Assembly: GCF_902652985.1 (NCBI RefSeq) | Contig: NC_047022.1 | Location: 16,120,001 to 16,184,000 of the forward strand | Reading direction: 5' to 3' | DNA length: 64,000 nt | Source of the DNA: Pecten maximus | Taxonomy: Eukaryota | Part shown: piece by piece, positions 26,201-36,400 of the stretch | How the letters are laid out: each line of letters starts with the position of its first letter | Position numbering within the stretch: the first letter of the stretch is position 1 | Made by a program: the position numbers and the translations under genes | Notes under the pieces: generated by a model | Seen by the model: only the letters and a program-made list of their open reading frames with translations | The model's database searches: none | What the model was told of the DNA's origin: nothing

Positions 26201-29200
26201 TGAATACATCGTCTATAAATCATAGAGGTGTGGGCATGCCAGTGTGTTTTCGATACCTTACCTTTCACGCCCAGTTCCGGACCGCGTGGTCAAATGTCGT
26301 CTGCTTCCGTCATTCCGCGGTCAAATTTAGGTATTTACATGCACAAGTGACATTTATACAAGATGACACTTATGTATATATGTCTGTGTCTACTATACAA
26401 AAGGATAAAGGCATGTTAGGAAAACGAACAGCGAACTGTATACATAAATAACATTTCCCCGCTTAATTACAAAAATATAATTCCTCAAACGTCACAGTTT
26501 TGTGATTTTTAAACTATAATTTCATATCTATCAGAAAACAGACCTTACTATTATCTAGACTATACACTTATAACTAATATGTTTGTGTAATAAACTATTT
26601 AAAGTATATATAACAAATATGTAATTTCACAGTAACAGAAAACGGAATATTTATCATGAGATGCTTCTGGGCGAATGCTATCTTCTTGCGTGATGTTCGT
26701 TTTAGGTTTTTTTTGCTATCGCCCCATTTCTCGGGAAAAAATAAGCTGTGTTAGATTCATCTATCAATAAGATGCTTGATGGGGACAGTGGTAACGTCAG
26801 TCCCTTTAGTTAGGCAGTTCAAACAAAGAAGCAGGCGTATACAAATTGCGCTGTGTATACTGACGCTTATCTATTGAAAAGTTGATATATATTAAAACTT
26901 CGTATAATGAATGAATAATTTATTTTCATTGATAATTTCACAATGTAATATAAAAAAGTCTATCATGTACCTGGACATCGATTGATGATGCTTATACAGT
27001 ACAACAATTAAATACGACATTTTTATGATGTAACTACGAATGCTTGAAAAGAGTGTCACAGATGGTTTGAATATCATTATTATTTCAGCTATATTAAACT
27101 TACCATTGATCATCATTTGTATCGATCACACTAAGGTATAACAGATGAGGGATGTCACGAACATATCCATCAAGATCATGTTCACAACCTACACACGGGA
27201 ATGCGTGCCCCCGCAACCGACCAACATATGGTTTTTACAAGCTGGCTTCCGTCTCGTAAACCTCATACACGCGTTTTTAGTTATAAACTGAAAATATATA
27301 TTTCGCGTAAAATTTATTTTCGCGTTAATACGCAAGGAGAATCGATCGCGAATTAAAATTCTTCGTGATCATTTGTAAGAAAATAACACCTTTGGACGGT
27401 GACCAAGCTATCGGTTAGCAATATAGGTAATTGAGTCCATGACTCTAATAGCTCAACATTCGCATATTTAATGTCATTTCGTGATCAGCATTCGGAAATA
27501 ATGTATTCGCAAATATATCTGAAGTGGTAAGTTGACGAAATAAAGTATTCGCGAAATCTATGTGATTTGTAGTACCACATGGGTACTGCTATGGGTATTA
27601 ACCATCATAACCGCTAGACTTGTTAAACAATTTTGAATATCCAATAATTGTATAAGTGATAACAAATTTGATATCTTACCCGAGTGAGCAGATACAGAGA
27701 AATACACCAATGCATACGCGCAATACACATGAAATGTATAAGTTATTTTTAGGAATACCATTAAATTACCCCGGTCATTATATTGTATTACCTTCAGTTG
27801 CTTTAAAAACGCTATATAAAACCATAATTATTAAAAAGAAAAAGAAAAAACGACATTACTAATATGATCTGTGTACGTTTGTATCGATCTTTTTGATTGG
27901 TCAATTGGTATTTGCGTTCTTCGTCAGTAGTTCTCTCCGCCTAGTGTAACACCTTTGCTGATTGGATATTTCTTTATGGATTTGTATTTCACCACATCGG
28001 TTAATACCTTCCGAATTAATGACGATCAAGCACAGAGTAGAAACGCAGAGGTTACTTCTCATTTCCTTATCTTAAAATATAAACACTTTTAGATTCTTGG
28101 AATATTGTTTGTCAGTGAACTCAAATTAAAGGTGATAGTGTTTAAGAAAATTAGCACAGAGAAATATTTGATCCGAACATGCATTATATTCACTGATATG
28201 AAATCATTTGCTTGCTTTACATGCCTCCTTTAATGATTTGTGAATAAGAACATGTTCTTGTTTGTACTTTTCACGAACAAATTTCGGTTTCACAAATTTT
28301 TCTCTTTTGATACGCCCATCTTAGTATTTTTACAGTTATTATGACATGAGATCCCCTCTTACTTTGAATGTACCAACTGGCAATAATTATCACTATACAT
28401 ACCATATATTATTGACGATCTTTTCTTTTTTCCAGAAGGTGCTGGACCAGCCGATACTGGCAATGCTACCACTGTCGACTCTGAAAGTAACACGACAGCC
28501 TCAAATACTTCTGAATCCTCTAGTAACATGACAACAGGAGCAGAGATCAGTGATACTAATACTACTAGTCCCATGAACTTTACTGATACAAACAACAGTA
28601 CTTCTAACAACACTACGTCGGATACCAGTAGTGCCAACTCTACTGCAGACAATATCACCACTAACTCTAGTCTTGTTAATACAAGTTCAGATGATATATT
28701 AGACACAAATACAACACTATCCGATAATTCTACTACAATATCGTCGGATAATAACTCAACATTTTCGGGAAATGAGACATTTGTGGATAACAATACGACA
28801 CTTTCAGATAGCAACACAACCGTTGACGATAACAATGCAACGGTATCCGAGAGTAATACAACTCAAATGGATGGCAACACGACTGTTACAGATTTTAATT
28901 CAACGGGTTCAATAAATACTACGACGTCAGAAAATATTACCAGAGCAACCAATATGAGTACATCAGATGATATGTTTTTAACAAGTAATATCTCAAAGTC
29001 AGAAAATATGACAAACGCTGCTGGCGATGATTCTTTCTCCATGAACGTGACGACAAACAATGAAACAGACATCGTTATCGGGGGTGTCTTCAATTCTTCG
29101 GTTTCGGATGATACAACGAGTACTGTTACAGCTGCTCCTGAATCCGACATTATAACTTCCACTATTGCCACTAGTACAGAAATTCCTATCTCACCAAATA

Positions 29201-32200
29201 TGGAGGAAAATCTCGGATTGGAGCAATCTCCCTTTGATACCGGTATGGGCGGAGGTCTGGATCCTTTTGATGATCCTTTTGGCAATCCATTTGGCGATGG
29301 ACCTGAAGGGGATCCTTTCGGAGAGGACATTTTTGGCCCAGAACCAGCCCAATTTGACTTATGCACTGAACCCCCATGTGAGCCCCCTGCTGAAGTAGTG
29401 ACTACCCCAAAGCCTGTCACTCCTCCGCCACCCCCTCCCCCACCTCCCCCACCAGCCGCGGCATCACAAGGTTTCGATATGTTGTTTAATGACCAAGAAA
29501 AATTTGAATTAAAAAGACTCCCACAGATTTCTTTACCTGTACCAAAGTCAAACGTTCCCTCGAGAAACAGACAAGACGCTTTTGAAAGAGAAAGGAAAAC
29601 AAAAATTGCCAGAATTGAAAGACTACGAAATTTATTTAAGTCATTTAATGCCGGAGTACCAGCTTTTGGTGGTGTCAATTTTTTTAATCCCACAAAGGAA
29701 TTTGCATCGATTTCCCAGAATACTGAAAATCAGATTAGTTCAACACAAAATAATAATTTAAACCAGAGAGACCAAACTAATCCATTTCCATCTAATAACA
29801 ATCCAATTCCATTCAATAACAATCCAATTCCATCTAATAACAATCAAATTCCATCTAATAACAACATGTTTGTATCAAATGAAGTGCGTGAAAACATTGC
29901 CAGTAATAACATTAATAATATAAACAAAGGTAATTCTGATACAGGAAAAACGTCTGAAAACAGAATTGAAAAACCTTCAAAACCTAATAATATATTCAAT
30001 CCCCCTACTTTTACCTAATCCTGACGCTGGTCAACCCGTACAAACAGCTATGAAAAGTGCAGTTCGGTCAAGTGGTGTTGCCCCTCCCCCTCCTCCTCCC
30101 CCACAACTAGATAAGTCTATTACTAGGGATGCTACGTTCGCTAAGTTCTTTGGCCAGCAAGAGGCAAGTGAACCGGCCAGATCAATTCTTGGATCAACAA
30201 ACTCGGTAGTTAAAAACAGCCAATCGCCCAATGTAAATAATGTTAATACTAAGTCTGCCAATTCCGGAAATCAGCCATTTGCATGGCCTTATCAGGTACC
30301 AGGTTCGTCAAAGACGTCGACACAGACTGGATCTGCCCAGAGAGTGGTTAATAGTGTGGTAAATGAGGCGCCTGCAGTATCAAGCTGGCTAGATACAACA
30401 CCATTCATGAGTGATCCTGCTGGGGGCCGAATCATTGACACCTCTATCATGTCCTCCGTTTCATCCAATGCATTAGACAAGCAACTCGGCCTGGCAGCAT
30501 CGCGAATAGGAATTCCTTTCGTTGGGTTGGGAGATATAACAGAAACTCTTAACACTAAAGAGTCGCCGACGAACATAAGGACTAGTCCATTTTCATCATC
30601 TGGAAGAAGTTCGGCTTCAACAATTCAAAAATCCGCTCCCGGTGTACCGATGAACCCTGACAGTTTGTTTCAAACCCCTCCGATGGATGTCAATACAAAT
30701 CCTTTTTCTGCAAGACGTCCAGGTGTTCCAGTCTGGGACAAGGCTGACCCAGCACTAATAGAGTTTGGGGTTCCAAGCCGATCTTCAACATCCTCGAGAA
30801 ATCGGGATATGACTGACATATGGAGAAACGCGCGGCTACCAACTGCTGGCTCAACACTTTCCAAAAAATCCGGATCCGTAAGTCAACAAAACCAAAAAAC
30901 ACCAACTAGAGACCCTCCCTTTATATTTAAGCCAAAGCCATCATCAAACCTCGGCAGTAACATTTTTAACAACCCAAGTCCACCACAACTTTCTTCGTCC
31001 AATGTTGAGCAACCTCCTCCTCCCCCGTCGAAAGCAGGAGCATCATTGTTTCGGCCACAGTTTGAGCAACCACCTCCTCCGAAAAACCTTCCATTTTCAG
31101 ATTTAAATGCTGAATCCTCCGGAGGGATACCACCTCCTCCACCACCACCAGGAAGGATAGGTTACGACGCCTCTGAAATATTTGCTAAAATAACTGGGGC
31201 TTCATTTGGGAGATCAGGAACAGGTGAAAGTGTCATCACCACCAAGCGGTCACCTAGATTCGTCGAAGATAAACTTTCTGCTATGCATGGTGATCCTAGC
31301 TGGGAAAACAAATTCTTCAAACCTTCCTTTGACAAGAAACCATTTGACGGTTTCAATTCGTTAAAAATGCAATCAAATCAGAAGAGCTTTTTTCCTTCAA
31401 TAGATAATAATATAAAGTCATCTAAAAACACAAATATTCCATGGAGTCCCTCAGGAAATGTACAAACTGGTTCGATATCAAATCAGCCTTCTATGCCTGT
31501 TGCACAAGCCGCACGAGAGGTGTTACCGATAACAGAAAATTCTGAAACTACAACGACAAGCACATTGCCACCAATTGTAGACATTAAGTCAGAACAGGAA
31601 GCTGGTGGAATATCAACGAGCTCTCTTGGCGGGCTAAGCTCAACTGACTCATTAAATATACTGACAGAGACAACTACAGCTGCTGCTATAGAAACTGCAA
31701 GTGAAACTGTGTTTTATACATTGGGTAGTAGCACTCCGTCCTCAAATCTAAACATAGAGCTTGAAGGAACTGAGACAACTGCCACTAATATATTAGATAC
31801 ATCTAGCGTAGATACTGGCTCGGTTGTTTCGAATCAAACACCTGATATACCTAATCCAACACCTGTGGAAACAAACATTAAACCTGTACTGACAAGTGAG
31901 ACGTTCCCAGCAGCTAGTCAGGCCCAGCTTCGGGAGTTCACTAATGCTGCAGGTAAAGGTCACTCGTGGATTTGTATAAATACATATTTAGTATGATGTT
32001 AACCTTTCGTCAATGAAGTACATGACTTTAACAATGTAGCATTTTCAAATCTTAATCGGCCAATTTGGATTATGAATTTCCAACATTTTTTATGATTAAA
32101 ATTGTCGTATGGTGCAGTATGATGCAAACCAACTTTAGTCAGACATAGGCAACACTATTCTTATTAAATCCATGGTACATGATATAATCTATTATGGTTT

Positions 32201-35200
32201 GATACTTCTAAAAAAAATAATGTTGAGATATCTTGTGGTGCCATCACTTCACATACATTTTTTCTATTATTTATTCTAGCATATAGAAATATTTGGTAAG
32301 AAGTGCATGTGTAAATATAGCCCGACCTGTATTAGAAAGTCTACTTAGGTGAATAGAGCTAAGTGACATTTGCAAGTAGCTGGACAGAGGTCCATGTGCA
32401 ATAAATTATATTGAAATGGTGTGTGTATGTTTGTAAATTTATATGGATAACTTTCATATTTTCTGTACATTTCAGAAATCTGCCGAAACTGTAACTTCAT
32501 AAACGGCTATTGTCGACTCGAGCTACCTGGCAACTGTAACCGGTTTATAGAGTGCTCGAAACATGACAAAGAGGTGCGAGCTTTTGAGAAAGAGTGTTCA
32601 CATGGTCTGTTTTGGCACCAAGGCAATCTCACGTGCGAGCGACCACTCCGAGTAAAATGTGCATACGGTAAGTACAGTAAAGCGAAACCATAAGACATTC
32701 CAAGGCAGAATGCTTGAACAGTTATTGGTTTGAGATTTCTGTTCAAATGCATACCAGGAAAGCAAACCGATATGTAAACGGAATCTTAATTCAGAGCTAG
32801 AACCGACAAAACGAAGGCATATATGCACAAATATAGATTTACATGAAAAGTTTTGAAACACAAAGTAAAAGTTTTCCGGAAGTGAAGCGTTCTCTGACTT
32901 ACTGACACCAGGTATATATAGAGCAATAGTGCACAGCAATACATGGATAAAGAATTAACAAGTCGCACATACAGTGTATACGTGATCCACAAAAAGGCAT
33001 CTATTCAACATCATGACAAGAAACCAATTGCAATTGTAAAACAGAAACATCATTTTTATGTTATTTTATTATGGATTTTCTACTTTTGACAGATCCCTGT
33101 TTACAACGCGGCGTATCAAATCATACATACATAGGAAACTGTCGGGCGTACTGGAGTTGTAAACGTAGTTACTCAAGTGCCCGATGCTGCGCCAAGGGGT
33201 ACGGGTACGGACCTCACCAGGACGGCCGGTTTGGCTGTATACCAATGCCGGACTGCAAGGATGATGGGCAGTGTATGTCAAAGGAGGAGAGAGCTAACCT
33301 CACCCTGATTAATGCCAACAAACCAAAAGGTTCATACATACATTTTTGCTACAACCGTCAAAAATATTCAATTGAGTTGTAATATACCTTATATAACACA
33401 TCGACATTCGTCGTTTAACATACGTGATCGAATACTGTGAAAATATATAAAGAAGAGATATATCAGAAAGAAATAAACAAAAAATAAAGATATTTGAATA
33501 GAACACAAACACACAATAGTGAGATATTAATCATTACATTGTTTTGTCCACAGAGTGCAACTTGCTCGCCAATCCATCTGATCTCTTCAGTTACAAAAGA
33601 GGGTCGCTCACCCTGCCCTGCGCTCCAGGAACACGTTTTGATCAAGAACAATGCACGTGCATAACGAGTCAGGCAGCACCTATTTCAAGAGGTATATCTA
33701 ATTTCTGATTTTACTGTATCTCTTTTAATGATATAGTGGTTATCGTATTCCGTTTAAAAATGTCTAGCCACTTTTACTTAAAGGTATTTTATTTTTATTT
33801 TGTTGACAGTTTGTGAAAAAGATATGTACCTCGATTTTGAAGCAGACATGATAGGTACCTTCAAGGACAAATCAGGACAGGGAAATACAGTAAAGGAGAA
33901 GGACGTTCGGTCAGACAATCGGGGTAGAGCTATATTTAACAAGGACAGTGCAATCACACTATGGAAGTATTCCAACCAGAACATCGGATCCTCAATAGCA
34001 ATCACATTCAGCTTCCTGTCATATCGCTACTCTTCCCGGATGCAGACTTTACTGTCTAATTGTGATCAGAAATCCGGAATAGCCGCTATAGATATAACGC
34101 TGGATACATGGAAAAGTGTGATCGATTTCAAAATTGAAACTACTCAGAGCCCAGGCAATAAAATAAGTTTACCGTATAATGTAAGTTTCTTAGAATAAGA
34201 AAAAAGTATCCATTTTGAAAAGAGACATCTATGATATACTTATTGTTTCAAACGATAGGATAAATTGACTTTTGCAAAGTAAATTATTAAACCTTAAAAA
34301 ATGAAAATAAGACAATTATTTCAAAACCGACTAAAGTTAAATCTCCTTGATGCTGTTTGTAATAATTTGATACATTTAATGCTGATAAAGAAAACACAGC
34401 CAATACAAACCGAATATAGCTTTTATCTTGTTTGTTAATTGAAGGCTCTCCAGTGGAACAATGTTACAATGATCTACGACGGGGGAAGTTTTGTGGCGGC
34501 TGTGGGTGATGAATACGAACTTATGTTCATTCAAGGTATTTTCACAATTTCATTAATGATAATACTAAGTAATTACACATTTCAAAACTGAAGATAATTT
34601 GATTTATTCAATTAAGGCATAGCAACAAATGATAGCCAATCAAACAGGGCAATTTCAATTCACCGTTTGCTTTCGTTTCTGTGCAAACATTCCGCCAGAA
34701 GTTAAAGAATGAATTTGTTGGGCGCGCTTGATAAACATTATTCAGGGTATGTTCGTTTAGAAATATATTAACATTAGCTTGCATTAAATTAATTTATCAG
34801 TCAATGATAAATAGAGGTTACACAATGAGTGATTTATGTACTCGGTATTTCTTTCACTAGAGTTAGTTATAAAGGAACCAAAAACACGAGCTTTAGTGAG
34901 CATTAATATGTAAAACGGACAATTTCGGAAATGTGTGGAAATTACAGATAATTACAAATCATAATAAATAATAAGGAAATCCATTATTTTCAAACCAATA
35001 AATTCAATAGTCCTGGTTAGAGGTCATCATGTCAACATATCAAAAGGCATTAAGAGTTTATTCCAAGTGTGGTATTAACTGAATGTTATTCAGTAGTTGC
35101 AATGCTTATTTCATACCTTGGGAGTTGAATAACACCCATCTATTGTGATAGAGATGCTATTATGTAAATTATACTAGCACACATATATACAAATATTTAC

Positions 35201-36400
35201 AAAGCTATTTTGACACTAAAAATTATCATGAGTTATACAAGCCTTTGCCGTTAAAAGAGAGCTAATTATAAATTGGTCACCTATTCGTGATAAGGATTTT
35301 ATTAAAGTTTAGTAAGTATGAACACGCAAGTAACTGAAATTATACATGATATGCATCATTGATATTCAAATGTAACATTAAAATGATGAATGCTGTCATA
35401 ACTGATGTCTCATTAATGTACAAAGTGATAGAATACATTGTTAACAATTTCAAAGATGACCAATGAACAGAAACATTATTCAGAGCAAATTTTTAAAATG
35501 TCGGAATGTTATAAAAGTCTAAAAACACCACGAGTCCACCTATGAACCATTGCTATGGAAATAATTACATATGAGAGAGTATACACCGATAAAAGCAAAA
35601 CTGAAATTCCAAAAGCGTGTGAATATTCATGTTTTGATGTTACTTTCATTTTTCATAAGAATAGTGTCCATGTCGTTGAGAATATAGCTTTCTTTGTTAA
35701 AGTAAAATGCCATCATATGAATATTCGTGGAAGATGTAGATTTATTGGTTACATACTTCCTGGGTTGTTTATCAACAACTTATTCGCTAGCTAAGTTTTG
35801 CGGTTTATTTTGTCGATAACATAAGTATAAGTTCAGCGCAAATAAGAGTTGGAAAACAAAACTATTTATATGAGGAGTTATTGTAGTTTAAACAGAATTT
35901 GGCATTGACAACCGTTCATAAAACCATTATTTTGCCTCCACAGGTGAGATCCCCAGCAAACATCCACCTCTTCTGATAGGAGGTTGCTCCGCGAAGGAAA
36001 AAGAAGGCCTGTTAGGGCTCGTCGATGATGTAAGTTACTATATATAGCACTCACTTACGTTTTTATTTTCTGAAATAATGGAAGTAAAAACCATACATAT
36101 TAAATGCAATCAAAGGCGCACTCAATCTTAGCTTAACATAACTGTGTTAACCTGAATACCCAAACATCTTTGAATTATTCTCGAAGTATTCGAAATAACA
36201 TCCGATACTCCATTTGAGAGGTTTATAGATATGAGTAAGGTAAATGAAGAAGGAACTAGAAATAGGCAATGTTGTAGTCATACAAATTACCTACACTATT
36301 AGGTATTAATTTTGTTTTATTTTCAATGTTTCAGGTATCGATATACAATGGATGTATACCAGAAGATCTTAAGAATCTTTATCTGTTCGCTAGGAAATAA
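20127..36400 (+). CDS. Gene A: secreted Pif/BMSP-like shell-matrix protein (signal peptide, ~1170-aa low-complexity region, 3 chitin-binding/-like modules, laminin G-like domain)
   Basis: join(20127-20208, 28436-31952 [frame break near 30001-30018], 32476-32667, 33093-33329, 33554-33691, 33810-34180, 34445-34535, 35944-36029, 36335-36400). All introns are GT-AG with matching phases 1,1,1,1,1,0,1,0. Confidence 0.85.
21140..21365 (+). mobile_element. tRNA-derived SINE (V-domain-like) in gene A intron 1
   Basis: B-box GGTTCGATTCC (21168-21178), core CCCGACCACGTGGGTTTTC..TTCCTCCC, and a tail shared with the copy at 62003-62140. Confidence 0.75.
28436..30018 (+). CDS. Gene A exon 2, 5' part: N/T/S/D-rich glycodomain, DPF repeats, poly-Pro, basic segment, PxNNN repeats
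   Basis: Acceptor TTTTCTTTTTTCCAG|AA; the open frame runs into ORF 28528-30018. Confidence 0.88.
30001..31952 (+). CDS. Gene A exon 2, 3' part (+1 frame): S/P/T-rich disordered region
   Basis: ORF 29966-31996; donor GCAG|GTAAAG after 31952 in phase 1, matching the next exon. Confidence 0.85.
32476..32667 (+). CDS. Gene A exon 3: chitin-binding type-2 domain (ICRNCNFINGYCRLELPGNCNRFIEC...ECSHGLFWHQGNLTCERPLRVKCAY)
   Basis: TTTCAG acceptor, G|GTAAGT donor and ChtBD2 cysteine/aromatic pattern. Missing from the ORF track because it has no start codon. Confidence 0.92.
33093..33329 (+). CDS. Gene A exon 4: chitin-binding-like domain (DPC...NCRAYWSC...CCAKGYGY...CIPMPDC)
   Basis: TTTTGACAG acceptor; CRAYWxC..CCxxGxxY pattern typical of the second Pif/BMSP module; weak AAG|GTTCAT donor. 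Confidence 0.88.
33554..33691 (+). CDS. Gene A exon 5: 4-Cys chitin-binding-like module (CNLLANPSDLFSYK...PCAPGTRFDQEQCTC)
   Basis: CCACAG acceptor, AGAG|GTATAT donor, CAPGTxF..CxC motif. Confidence 0.88.
33810..34180 (+). CDS. Gene A exon 6: laminin G / ConA-like domain, N-terminal part
   Basis: CEKDMYLDFE..DKSGQGN..AIFN..LWKYSN..LLSNC; TTGACAG acceptor, AAT|GTAAGT donor. Confidence 0.92.
34445..34535 (+). CDS. Gene A exon 7: LamG (ALQWNNVTMIYDGGSFVAAVG)
   Basis: WxxVxxxYDG motif; 91 nt, the same length as gene B exon 6. Confidence 0.88.
35944..36029 (+). CDS. Gene A exon 8: LamG (GEIPSKHPPLLIGGCSAKEKEGLLGLVDD)
   Basis: CCACAG acceptor, GAT|GTAAGT donor, LxIG..GxxDD motif. Confidence 0.88.
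36335..36400 (+). CDS. Gene A exon 9: VSIYNGCIPEDLKNLYLFARK*
   Basis: TTTCAG acceptor; completes the LamG DDVxIY motif; AATAAA signals at ~36844 and ~36865. Confidence 0.85.
   Translation, partial: VSIYNGCIPEDLKNLYLFARK

Noticed and set aside
30001-30018. Programmed +1 ribosomal frameshift
   Set aside because: The codon before the stop (ACC TAA) cannot re-pair in +1 and no stimulator is visible. Indel or splicing explains it better.
28359-31356. Antisense ORFs (158, 276 aa and shorter) opposite gene A exon 2
   Set aside because: Shadow ORFs of a low-complexity coding strand, with no independent start or splice support.
33330-33382. Read-through of the weak GTTCAT donor to a stop at 33382 as a LamG-less isoform
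   Set aside because: No support beyond donor weakness, and the downstream exons join perfectly.
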